This document shows positions 25,041 to 36,180 of a DNA stretch of 64,000 nt, piece by piece. The notes beneath the pieces are model-generated. The model searched no databases. It saw nothing but the letters and a program-made list of their open reading frames with translations, and was not told where the DNA came from. The translations under genes were made by a program, and so were the position numbers. The stretch covers positions 37,584,464 through 37,648,463 of the forward strand of contig NC_043011.1 of the NCBI RefSeq assembly GCF_006345805.1, written 5' to 3'. Source of the stretch: Octopus sinensis. Taxonomy: Eukaryota. The number at the start of each line of letters is the position of its first letter. Positions within the stretch are counted from its first letter, which is position 1.

Positions 25041-26660
25041 CTTTCTTTATTGGCCACACAGGGCTGAACACAGAGGGTACAAATACAAATGTAGAGTTTT
25101 TCTTTTTCGAAAATGAAAAACAAAAAGGGGGGAAAAAAATTAAATTCCGATCAAAAGGGATCGGGTGTAAAAAAAAGACGATCAAAAGGAATCGTATATC
25201 ACAGAAGAATTTTTTTAAATGTAAAAGCAAGATTAAGTTTATACATAGAAAGAAAGGCATATGGAAAAGACCACGGTAACCTCAGGCAGAGAGGGACTAA
25301 ACGCATGAGAGCAAAGTGCACTCTCTTCCTCTTTTCAATTTACAGGATCATGCTCAAAGCAGTTTCCTCACTCGCACGCACCATTTTCGCAACATTCACC
25401 CACCTTTTTTTGAAACTTTCACGAGACAAAACCTGCCTCTCCATTCTCATCTTCCTTTTCACCTTGGCCAAAATTTTCATATCTGCGTTGAGCAGTGATG
25501 GGCCTGAAGTTATCTATGACGTTCTCCTTGTTTGGATCTTTCCTTAGCAGTGCCATCGTTCCTCGCTTTACAAAGACGGGAATACTCCTCTTTTGCTGTC
25601 AGTTGCAGTAGACAGCTGCCATGACGCCTCCAACCAAGTCTGGCATATGACTATATAGTTCGTAGGGCAAACCATCCGAGCCTCGTGACTTGTCTCTCGC
25701 GCAGACTGCCATCGCATCCCGTACTTCCGCAGCTGCGATGGATCATTCACAACAGTCCGCCTCTCTTGTTGAGAGTCGTGGCAGGCCATGCAGGTCGGAA
25801 CTAAAGTCCACTGCATTCTGACCCACCATTTGTCCCGAGCAGTCGGGAAAAGTGTTGTTGAAAGACCTTACATCCTTTCAGGCTTGAGTAATTTGATCCC
25901 CTGTTCCTCAGACCACGCATCCTAGCTTTAAGATCGCATCCTTCGTGTTTGGCGTTGAAGTGTTGGTTGAGGGCCAACTTCGCTGCCAGTACTAAGTTCT
26001 TCTTCTAATTTCTTAACGAGGTCTCCCTCTATTCTATTTCGGTCTAATACTAGGGCGTTACTGCACCAAACCGATTCTGCTTTAATCGCTTTCTTTAGAG
26101 CGTACAACCGTCTGTTGTTAATGGTGGCACCCGTCAATGCTCTCTTAACTAATGTGCTAATCCGGTCCCTGTAAGCCTGGCGTGCCGTGAATGACGCGTT
26201 CAGCTTCCAGTAACCGGGACCCTGCCTACGTGTTTTATCTAAGTCAAGTGTACAAGTCCCAAATTCGTGGTCTGTTAACTGACTATATGGAATTGTGGAC
26301 AACCTACACTATTCTTATGCCCTGTCCTACAGAATACGCTATGTACAATTGGGACGACCCGATGCGGTTGTTCCATGTCCCCATTGGCACATTCGGGTGC
26401 TCCAGTCGGTACATGTTAGATAATTGGAAACGTCTGAGCAGGTCTTTGAGGCAGCAGCATCCCCTCCTATTACTATTTCTGCCCACGTAGTCTAGATGTG
26501 TGTCCAGGGTAGCATTCCAGTCCCCCACTAACAGTAAAGGTCGAGAGGTATCCAGGAAAATCTCTAGACGTGGAAAGATATCTGCCCGGCTTGTTAAGGA
26601 CGGTGCATTAACATTTATCAATCGAAAACCACACTCATTGCTACCATCGATATCCAACAG
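25041..26660 (-). mobile_element. L1/Tx1-like LINE: APE endonuclease and start of RT, internally deleted, with intact 3' UTR
   Basis: FRLINVNAP...LLLVGDWNATLD...GPGYWKLNAS (APE and linker) is followed by FRPITLLNADMKILAKV joined directly to the C-terminal KRKMRMERQVLS..KRWVNVAKM. The T-rich 3' UTR ends ..GGCCAATAAAGAAAG. Several frameshifts. Confidence 0.85.
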
Positions 26661-26674
26661 CAACATCAACTTCG

Positions 26675-27275
26675 TCATGATGATGCTGACGAAGATGATG
26701 TTGCTGTTGCTGCTACTGCTGCTGTTGCTCATGATGGTGGTGATGATGACGGTGATGATGATGGAGATGATAATTATCACGAGGATACTGATGACGATGA
26801 TGATGATGTTGACGAAGATGATGTCGCTGCTGCTGATGAAGATGATGACGAAGAAGATGGCTATGTGATGATGATGATGATGATGATGGTGATGGTGGTA
26901 GTGACGACGGTGATAATGATGACAGTGATCGTGATAGAGGTGACGTTAGGGATTAAAATGGTGATGATGATGGTGATGGTAATGATGGCGATGCTCATAA
27001 CGACGTTGATGAGTTGGTTGTGTTTTAATTGTCGTCGTCGGCGTCGGAGGTTAAGGAGTAGGAGGAAAAGGAGAAGGAAGGATGATGAAGGAGGAGGTTG
27101 AGGAGGTGGAGTGTGATGGTGGTTATGCTTTTGGTAGTGATAATGTGGATAATATCATAGGTCGTGTTCGAAGAGTTGTTGGAAATGGTTGTGACGATGA
27201 TGATGATGATGATGAAGACGACGACGATGATGAGGACGACGACGACGACGACGACGATGATGATGATAATAATAG
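26675..27275. repeat. Degenerate (GAT/GAC/GGT)n trinucleotide low-complexity tract
   Basis: Directly visible. It produces spurious poly-M/D/I ORFs. Confidence 0.9.
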
Positions 27276-27529
27276 CTGTGGTTATGGTGTAGGTGGTAAT
27301 TTTGATGATTTTAACCACGATCACGTTGGTCATTGCCCTGCTTTAGTTGGTCGAATTGAGGTTATAAATGTTGCTAATATTAATCCTTGAAACTAAGGCG
27401 TTGAGCCGGCATTTCGTCCGTCTATACATTCTGATATCGAATTCCACTGACATTGACTTTGCGTTTCTGGGTCAATAAAATAATTACTACTTGGACACTG
27501 GGGTCGTTTTAATCTACTAAAAAGAAACA

Positions 27530-27930
27530 AGTCTTTTCTATTCTAAGCATAAGGCCGCAAATTTTGGAGGAGGAGGCCAGTCGATTAGATTGACTCCAGT
27601 ACGCAACTGCTAATTAATTTATCGACTCCGAAAAGGATGAAAGCCAGAATCGACCTCGGTGGAATTTGAACTCAGAATATAAAGACAGACGATATACCTA
27701 TTTCTTTAGTGCCCAGAAGGGGCTAAACACAGAGTGGACGAACAAGCACAGACAAACGAATAAAGTCGATTATATCGACCCCAGTTCGTAACTGGTGCTT
27801 ATTTAATCAACCCCAAAAGGATGAAAGGCAAAGTCGACCTCGTCGGAATTTGGATTCAGAACGTAGCAGTAGACGAAATACCGCTAAGCATTATGCCCTG
27901 CATGCTAACGTTTCTGCCAGCTCACCGCCT
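27530..27930 (-). mobile_element. MESC/Meta-like SINE dimer (head-body-tail B joined to headless body-tail A)
   Basis: Two bodies (..GGATGAAAG..A.AGTCGACCTCG..GGAATTTG.A.TCAGAA) joined at ..AAAGAAATA|GGTATATCGTCTG (minus strand, about 27698). Confidence 0.75.
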
Positions 27931-28299
27931 TTTTTAAAGAAATAACTAACACGTTAAAACTAATAGACTTGAATAATTTTTACAAATACCCGTTGCATAA
28001 TTTTATATTTGAATGTCATTATACATTTGGAAACAAAGTTTGCAATCAGAAACCCAGGTGACTTGTGCTTGATAGTATGTTTCAAGAATGGTGAATGTAA
28101 GCAGTCTTTATATACATATATATTCATTTGTAATCCTATATACACACAGACACACAGACACACATACACACCTGTGCTTAGGTGTGTGTGTGTTTGAGAC
28201 TCCATAGAACTGTATTGTTAACATTTATCAAACTCTTTGAAATTTGCAGTGAACATCTCACCGTCAAATATGCATTACGTGTACATACATGCATGTATT

Positions 28300-28332
<33 letters not shown>

Positions 28333-29412
28333 TAGAGAGAGGGAGAGAGAGAATATGAGTGAACGTGCATCAGTGTGACTTTATATACATCATGTATTTG
28401 TGTCTGCGTCCGTGTGTGCATATTTAGCGAAACGAGGTCGCTTTGCTCTTCTTTGATGTACGCAGTTATTGAGCAAATGTCTACAATACATATTTCATAA
28501 TTTATTGCAATATATTTTTTCTTTTAAAATATATATTTCTCCCCATTTTTCTATATTTTATTATTCAAAGTATATCCGCTGAATATCATGTTCATGTATG
28601 TTGGTCTTATGATCGACAGACATTATAAAGCATTCATTTATACTTAGGTCTCTGAAGTGGCAGGCGTTATATTGCACAAAATATAGAGTATTTGCAAAAT
28701 CACACTGATGTCTGAGCTGTAACATAGAATGCATTGTTGATTGCCAGAAATAATTCAACCAAAGTTATTGTCGTATTTGATTTCAGAAAATAAAATAGAG
28801 ACCGCTGTCTGTATTATATCTTCAAATTTTGCGATATTCTGTTTGATGGTATCCACTATAAAGCACCAGATGCGCTCTCTGATTAAAAATATCCATCAGT
28901 TTGTGGAATATACAATATAGAGCAACATAAATAGTGTCTGCTTTATAATGTGGTCATGTATGTAGAGTTTGTCTCAATCGTGACAGACAACATTGAATAA
29001 CAGATTACCTGTCTCATATCATCTTTCGGTCTGTGGAATGACAATGTACAGTTGACTCTGTCTCGTGTAATAAATATTATTGAACATCAGATACAGTGTC
29101 TATTTTAAATTATTCTTGTCTATATAGAATATATATATCTTAATAATGGCAAGCAATATTAAGTGCCAGACGAATCTTCTGTCCAAAATGTTCTTCCTCA
29201 TCTACAGAATGACATATAATAATGAAACACCAGATGTACTGTACGTCCAAAATCATACTCCAATGATCTGACTTGTGAAATGACAGCAGAAACGCATGAT
29301 TCAGTGCCTGTCGCCAATTGTGATTGTATATGTAGAGCGATTGATATGAATGGCATTGTGATTTACACTTCGGTCTTCGCAAAGAAAAGCTATATATAAC
29401 ATTATTTATAAT

Positions 29413-29575
29413 GAAGGCAGCGAGCTGGTGCAACTCTTACCGCACCGAGCTTTTGCGTTCTGCATTCAAATTCCGCTGAGGTCAACTTTGTCTTTTATCA
29501 TTTCAGAGACGATAAAACAAGTAACATTTGAACAGTGGGGTCGATTACATTCACTGAGCGCTAGGCTTCTACGAA
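29413..29575 (+). mobile_element. Degenerate MESC/Meta-like SINE
   Basis: AAGGCAGCGAGCTGG head, TTCAAATTCCGCTGAGGTCAACTTTG..TTTATCATTTCAGAGACGATAAAA and GGGGTCGAT. Confidence 0.6.
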
Positions 29576-30688
29576 AATTTAAAATCAATATTAATTATAA
29601 TCTATTTCTGAACTTGCTCCTTATCTTATATTAAGTTTATCTTATACCACCTAGTACAGTTATTATATCACATATTTGATAATGCTACTGTTGTACTATA
29701 TTATTCTTATTGATGATACTTCATAGTTTGGGAATGTATATAGTTCATACTGATGATATCGTATACAATTTCTTATACATCTATGCATATACTGTAATTT
29801 TATGCTATCTAATTATAGACGCGATAATGATATTCTCTTATGGTATCTGTTTTCGCTGAATCATATTTGAAATATAAACAACTTACTGAGGAAGTGTGGT
29901 GCGAGTTTTAAACTAACATAGATATCACAATTCTTACATAAATCATCTTATGCTGTAAAACGTCAGATTATGTTATTGCTTAGCTCCAGAGGATTCGTAA
30001 TAGACTAGACTTGTGATCAAAGGCGTTCAATTCATGATCAATCAGATACTGCTTTGTCGTTCGCATCCCCTCCTTTTTGAGAATCTTTTTTTTCTGCTAC
30101 AGGTTTGAATTATATTTAGTTGCTAATCCTAACAGCAGCCGAATAGACTTCAAGTTTACTCCCTTACTCATAAAGCCTCTGTAGTTTCACGCATAAAGTT
30201 GTAGTAGTTACATCTTGTCTACTGTCAGGTTCTATTTTGTATCGATTTCATATATTTCACTGGTATGGCTACTGCTGCGCGCACACAATTATAGGTAAGT
30301 TCTCTTAATGTAAATTCTTAGTGATACTTATATCTAAAGCCACCTTAGGATATTTTGCAGCCTCTCATCATATACCATTAGTTTTCATTTCACCTTTCGC
30401 TTCAAAAGAAGCTGAGTACATAACACAATGTAGAGTGTGCTTCCAATAAAATTATGAATACCAATTCAATACCATTTTCGTTGGAAAATGTATAATATGA
30501 AGTCACGGATAAAAGTAGGCGCTTATTATTTTTTGTGACTATGGAGAATAACCTGGGAATGGATAATAATATACTTGTCAAAAGATACTGAACATAGACG
30601 TGTAAAAATATGGTAACATTTCGTGAAAGAAGCCGTGAACATTATGTTAAAATGCATACTGAATACACCGTAACGTTTAAATAACTAC

Positions 30689-31372
30689 AAGGCAGCGAGT
30701 TGATAGCATCGTGAGGGCATCGTGAACAAAAAAGGCTAAAGGATTACCAGCATTTCTTCTGACTTAACGCATTGAGTTCAACTTTCACCGAGGTCGTTCT
30801 TGCTTTTCATCATTTCAGGGTCGATAAAATACGTACCAGTTTATTTGTTACTAGGGGGTCATTACCCCTCCCCAGAATTGCTGGCCTCATACCAACATTT
30901 TAAAGCAATATTTAAATTACTATATGGCAGTAAGCTGGTTGCATCATGAGCGCGCAGGGGAAATGCGTAGCGGCATTTCTTCCGACTTGATGTACAGAAT
31001 TCAAATTCTGCTGAAGGTTGTATTTGCCTGTCATCATATCAGAATTAATAAAATATGTACTTGTAAAACTCTGTGGTCAATATAATTGACTTAACCACTT
31101 CCTCAAAGTTTAAAGACTTTTGCTAAAATTTCAGACCATTATTTAAACATCTATAAAGCAGCGAGCAGGTAGTTTCGTCAGCACTCCGGATAAAGTGCTT
31201 TGCGGCATTTCTTTCGGCTCCTTACTGTCGGAGTTCATGTACAACCGAGGTCGAATTTGCCCTTCATACTTTTGGGTTCCATAAAAATGTACGCTTTGTA
31301 AGCACTTTAATCAATTTACCCTAAATTGAATTCTCTCGTCTTCTGCCAAATGTTGTATAAATTATTTAAACT
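30689..31372 (+). repeat. Three tandem, diverged SINE units (period about 235 bp)
   Basis: Heads at about 30689, 30925 and 31156. Each is preceded by a similar TTTAAA..CTA.A spacer and contains the GTTCA..GAGGTCG..TTGC.TTTCAT..GATAAAA body. Confidence 0.65.
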
Positions 31373-31440
31373 ACAAACAGCATGAAAGCGTGGTATATAC
31401 TGAGTTCATATCAACTACATAAGCTTCGATGAGGAAACAT

Positions 31441-31655
31441 AATCCTTTTTACTATAGTCACAAGGACTGAAATTTTCGGGGAGGGGACTAGTCGATTACA
31501 GCTACCCCAGTGTTTCAATGGTTCTTAATTTATCGACATCGAAAGGATGAAATGCAAAGTCGGCCTAGGCGGAATTTGAACTCAGAACGTGAAGATAGAC
31601 AAAATACCGCTAAGCATATTACCCGCCATGCTAACGGTTCTGCTAACTCGCCCTG
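31441..31655 (-). mobile_element. MESC/Meta-like SINE, tail type A
   Basis: Same structure as 14115..14330. Confidence 0.75.
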
Positions 31656-31896
31656 CGAATATCAAACGTAATGAAGTAAATCTATAGTTAGTTTTCAACA
31701 ATTTAATCCTTTCGACTCAACACAATAGAACAGCAACCGACATGTAGAGCAGATGCGATTCCTTTGATTAACCCATTCACCCCTAAGATCTTCCCTTTCT
31801 TACTATGCTAGAAGAAAATAAACAAGCGTCAAGCATCGAATAAAATTATTCATCTCATCAAATCTGATGTAGTTGCCCAAGTGAGATTATAAGAAA

Positions 31897-32317
31897 CTAG
31901 CAGTATAGCCCGGCGTTGCTCGGGATTGTTTTTTAGTTGCGCTTAAAACGGCAGACTTTGATATCGCGTTAACAAAGTTTTGACATAGTTTCAATCTTTT
32001 GCATGATATAGCTTGTTATTCTCTTTAAGTGAACATTTTTCTGGTTGAAATACACCGAAACATAGCGACACAGCAGTCAAGAATCGTAAAAAATAGGGAT
32101 TTTCATAGAAATAAAGTACCTTTTTGATGTAAATAATTTTTGGTCTTAACATGGTCCGATTTGATTTTTCCTTCTACGGAATAAAGAGCAAGCCTTCTTC
32201 TATCATTCTTTCAATTTTGGTCAACTTGCGCCGCAGGGTCTCGGAGGGGATAGTGTTAGTTGAAGGCTACCAAACCTGCCACACACACACAGACAACTTC
32301 AGCTTTATATGTATAGA
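31897..32317 (-). mobile_element. Non-autonomous Helitron
   Basis: Minus strand reads a|TCTATACATATAAAGCTGAAGTTGT...CCCGAGCAACGCCGGGCTATACTGCTAG|t. The termini are nearly identical to 8481..8997 but the interior differs. Confidence 0.8.
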
Positions 32318-32448
32318 TTAGGAAGTTTAGTATTTTAACACAATTAATTATAAAGCAGCTTCATAAGTGAATAGCTTTAATTTAATGGTAAATGTACTAT
32401 AGATAGCTGAACAGGTGCATCAGGTTTCTTTCTTAATGTAATGCTATA

Positions 32449-32480
32449 TACGAGTGAGTGCTGAAAAGTTCCTGGTTTTG
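32449..32480 (+). mobile_element. Isolated mariner-like TIR fragment
   Basis: TA-CGAGTGAGTGCTGAAAAGTTCCTGG resembles mariner-type TIRs. No partner TIR was found nearby. Confidence 0.3.
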
Positions 32481-32805
32481 TACACATATACGTGAACGTA
32501 CAGAAATATGAGTGCACATATATACATATATAAACCCCATCTACAATTCATTCCTACTTCGCCAAACACGACCAATTTCTTATCCACCACGCGGTCGATT
32601 TCCTGCTCACCATGGGGTATATTCCAACTAAATATTGTCGCTGTATTGCTAGCATAATACATCTATACCATGTGACATTGCTCGAACAATAGCAGACTAA
32701 CGTACAGCAGTAACCATTGAGTTTCTTTAATTGCACTCTCATTCAGACCCCAGTGGCCGAAGTCTGACCACACGCTTGAAACTCAGAGTACCAAGGAGTC
32801 TGAAG

Positions 32806-32856
<51 letters not shown>

Positions 32857-32862
32857 GAAAGA

Positions 32863-33978
32863 ATGGAGTCGAACAAAGATGTTAACAAAATTCCTTCACT
32901 CTCGACATATGTTTCGAAGACAACATGTTTTCATTCCAAAGGAATAAAGGGTGCATTATGCAATCTTCTCATCAGGAAAGAAAGGGAGCCTTACTTTCCC
33001 CTTACTATCACAAATAACACTAAGAACAATTCAAAGGCCACAAAAAACTGTATCTGGTTCGTAATACCTTTCGGAAAACAAATTCAATCGAACCTTCCCT
33101 TACAGTTCCGTCAAACCGTTGCTAGGAACTTTCCCAGAAATTCTAGATATCATTCTATTATCAATTCCCACAAAGTCAGAATCGCTTTCTCTAACACTAG
33201 GAATCTTTCACAAATTATATCTTCCCACAATACCAAGCTGCTAAACAAAGATTCTTCACCCGGGAGTTCCAACACTAATCTTGCTAATTCAACCCCATCA
33301 TACAATCATAATAATAGGAATAGTATTAATAGTAATAGCATTGGTAGCAGCGAAAGTGTTAATGATAATATTAATAATCGTATTAGTCGTGTTAATAACA
33401 ATGGTAGTGTTGATGGTAACAGGAATAACAGTATTATTGTCGGTGGTATTATTGGTTATTGTACCATTAATAATACCAATAATAATAGAAATAGTGTTGT
33501 TGTTGGCGCTAATAATAATAGTAACAACAATCATAACAATAAAAACTTCGTTTCGATCGCGGAGGACAAACCCAACAGAATAAAATTTTTGTCTAGTAAT
33601 TCTAAGATTAAGAATTCTATTTACCAGTGTAGAATTTCTTCCGGTACCGATGTCTTCTTCTATATAGGAGCGCCCACTTCCCAGTTATCCAAGAGAATTT
33701 CAAGCCATTATTCATCATTCAGGGATAGTAAAAAACGACATAGTACAGGGCTAAGTAAATTAGTTTGGCGTCTTAAAGACAACAATATAAATTTCAAGTT
33801 AGATTGGTTCATACTGTCTGTATCCTTTCCTTTTGATAAGGGCAGGAGATTTTGTAACATTTGTAACTCTGAACTCTTCCATATTCTTTTCTCTAAGGTT
33901 CCCCTAGTAAACACACTCATAGAAAAATCATACAAATGTAAACACTGGCAGAAACACACTTTCTACTCATATAAATGA
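32863..33978 (+). CDS. PLE-derived GIY-YIG endonuclease ORF (371 aa from an ATG supplied by the inverted repeat; PLE-homologous part starts at about 33000)
   Basis: Reads CIWFVIPFG...INSHKVRIAFSNTRNLSQIISSHNTKLL (PLE thumb/linker), SIYQC...FYIG...KRISSH (GIY-YIG with conserved Arg), LSKLVWRLK and CNICNSE...LVN...CKH. No stops. Expression is not demonstrated. Confidence 0.6.
   Translation: MESNKDVNKIPSLSTYVSKTTCFHSKGIKGALCNLLIRKEREPYFPLTITNNTKNNSKATKNCIWFVIPFGKQIQSNLPLQFRQTVARNFPRNSRYHSIINSHKVRIAFSNTRNLSQIISSHNTKLLNKDSSPGSSNTNLANSTPSYNHNNRNSINSNSIGSSESVNDNINNRISRVNNNGSVDGNRNNSIIVGGIIGYCTINNTNNNRNSVVVGANNNSNNNHNNKNFVSIAEDKPNRIKFLSSNSKIKNSIYQCRISSGTDVFFYIGAPTSQLSKRISSHYSSFRDSKKRHSTGLSKLVWRLKDNNINFKLDWFILSVSFPFDKGRRFCNICNSELFHILFSKVPLVNTLIEKSYKCKHWQKHTFYSYK
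32899..32980 (-). ncRNA. Second copy of the same hammerhead motif, in the inverted repeat
   Basis: Minus strand reads CTTTC-CTGATGA-GAAGA...TCTTC-GAAAC-ATAT-GTC-GAGAG. Confidence 0.8.
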
Positions 33979-34258
33979 TAACAATAGTCACTGTGGTTTG
34001 AACAATTAGCTTTACGTCCACCCCACTTCTATAGCGAAATTCTTTCCTAAGCCTTCGAACATTCTTTCAATAAACGTGCCCTTCCCTCTCCACTTTTTCC
34101 CTACCTATTATTCCTTTAACCCTTCTCTTACTACTATCTATCTTTGACGTCAATTCTTCTAACGATTTTTAAAAAGAAGACACTCATTATCGTTTTGTTT
34201 ACCATGTAGGCAGTCATCGAAATTTTTGTTCGTCTTGTTGTCGAGAGAGGCTCCCTTT

Positions 34259-34340
34259 CTTTCCTGATGAGAAGATTGCATAATGCACCCTTTATTCATT
34301 TGGAATGAAAACATGTTGTCTTCGAAACATATGTCGGGAG
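34259..34340 (+). ncRNA. Minimal type I hammerhead ribozyme motif in the PLE terminal repeat
   Basis: CTTTC-CTGATGA(34264..34270)-GAAGA...TCTTC-GAAAC-ATAT-GTC(34333..34335)-GGGAG. The core is intact, stem I is CUUUC/GGGAG, stem II is GAAGA/UCUUC and stem III has a palindromic loop. Confidence 0.8.
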
Positions 34341-34551
34341 TAAAGGAATTTTGTTAACATCTTCGTTCGACTCCATTCTTTCATTTATTCATATACAACA
34401 CACAAATTTCTGCACATGAACCCGGAGTTTCTACCCTTTACAACCGTATTCCTGACGTGAATTTGCTACCAAGGTTTCGGTTAGACGAATTTTCCATGCT
34501 GACGATAAACATAGGATAATTCTTTCACCTATTTATATATGCATATATATG

Positions 34552-34745
34552 GAATTTACAAAAAAAAACGGAAAGACAAAGAGGGGTGTCTAAACAACAA
34601 ACAGATGTATTAGTTTAACACTCGGGAAGTGAGAAAGTCTTTTATGTTTCGATCCTACGCTATTCAACAGAAAGGAACACAGAAATAAGCAGAGACAAAA
34701 AAAAAAAATTTTTAAGATTTAATGGCTAGCGATCAATGATGGCGA
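34552..34745 (-). mobile_element. Hammerhead-like repeat family, copy 2 of 3
   Basis: Homologous to 9930..10110. Motif at 34639..34674 (CTGTTGA..GAAACATA, more decayed). Confidence 0.55.
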
Positions 34746-34985
34746 ATGTATGCTGCCAGTTTGACTATATATATATACAGCCAAACTGATAGAAAAGAGG
34801 TATATTTACACATAGTCATAAGTAGATTCTGAACTTGCATCTTTAATTTCCAAAGTAGCAGCAATGATTTCCCGATGGGCTAGCTCGTCGCTTAATGGAT
34901 AAAAATATTATTCCTCTCAGTTTCGAAATGCATACATACATTCATATATATAGATATATATATATATATATATATAATATATATA

Positions 34986-35069
<84 letters not shown>

Positions 35070-35084
35070 TATACACAGACATAT

Positions 35085-35115
<31 letters not shown>

Positions 35116-36099
35116 CATATATCAAATCCAGTCTGTGTGTATCTGAACACATTTAGAAATCTGTTCTCTGAAGACAGCCAGCTATTAGCTATTAATAACA
35201 TGAAACTTAGTTATAAATATCTATATTTTGATTATAAGCAGTGTTCATAAGCATATAAACATTAGATCAAGTTTTTGATGAATTATGGTCATATTAAAAA
35301 CAAATTATCTAAGATATTTTAGATATCTAAATACGGTTTTACATTGTTGTTCTTATGTTTATTTTATTGCTATTCGATAAATAGAATATCATATAGGAAT
35401 TCCAGTAGATTTCTTTTCCTTCTATGAAACACATAAAATATTTCCGACATAAAAATATTTTAGAAATGTTTATTCTTGATATTTATATCGCATGAAATAG
35501 CGCCCTTTCATTGCTCTTTTGTCTCAGAGACATTTTTCTAATATAAGAATGTCTTCGAATAATGGTCTAATAATATACTTGCTACGAGTCGGAAATCAAT
35601 TACCCACAAAATGAAGGGGAATTTGAAACATTAATTTTCCAAAACGTATATATAAAATGATGGCCATAAGTCTATTTAGCCATTTCTTTATTATTATTAG
35701 AATTGGGTAAAGCGACTTATGACCATCCTTTTATATGCAAATATATAAGGTGTATTTCGTTAGGAACGTAGAAGAGTACAGTATAAAAATATAACTGATC
35801 AGCCGTAATCCCTGTTGACTCTATCATATTCAATTATATATATATATATATATATATATAATTGAATATATACACATATATATATTTATATATATATGGG
35901 TATATATATATGTGTGTGTGTATGTGTGCATTTATATACATATATGCATGTGAATATATATGTATAAATATATGTATGCATATATACACATATATGTATG
36001 TATATATATACGTACGAATATGTATGAATATATCTATATGTATGTACATATATGTACCTACATATAGATAGATAGATATACCAACACATACACACATAG

Positions 36100-36180
<81 letters not shown>

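Larger units (their letters stand above)
32851..34535 (+). mobile_element. Penelope-like element, 5'-truncated with an inverted terminal-repeat segment
   Basis: 32851..32990 is the reverse complement of 34249..34388 (4 mismatches in 140 nt). Between them lie an uninterrupted RT-thumb/linker/GIY-YIG frame and a pyrimidine-rich 3' UTR. The repeat contains a hammerhead ribozyme motif. Confidence 0.9.

Noticed and set aside
26500-27390. Poly-Met and poly-Asp ORFs
   Set aside because: Degenerate GAT-type trinucleotide tract.
32731-32862. N-terminal 44 codons of the 415-aa ORF
   Set aside because: It starts at TTG and runs through a (TA)n tract outside the element, so it is not part of the PLE protein.
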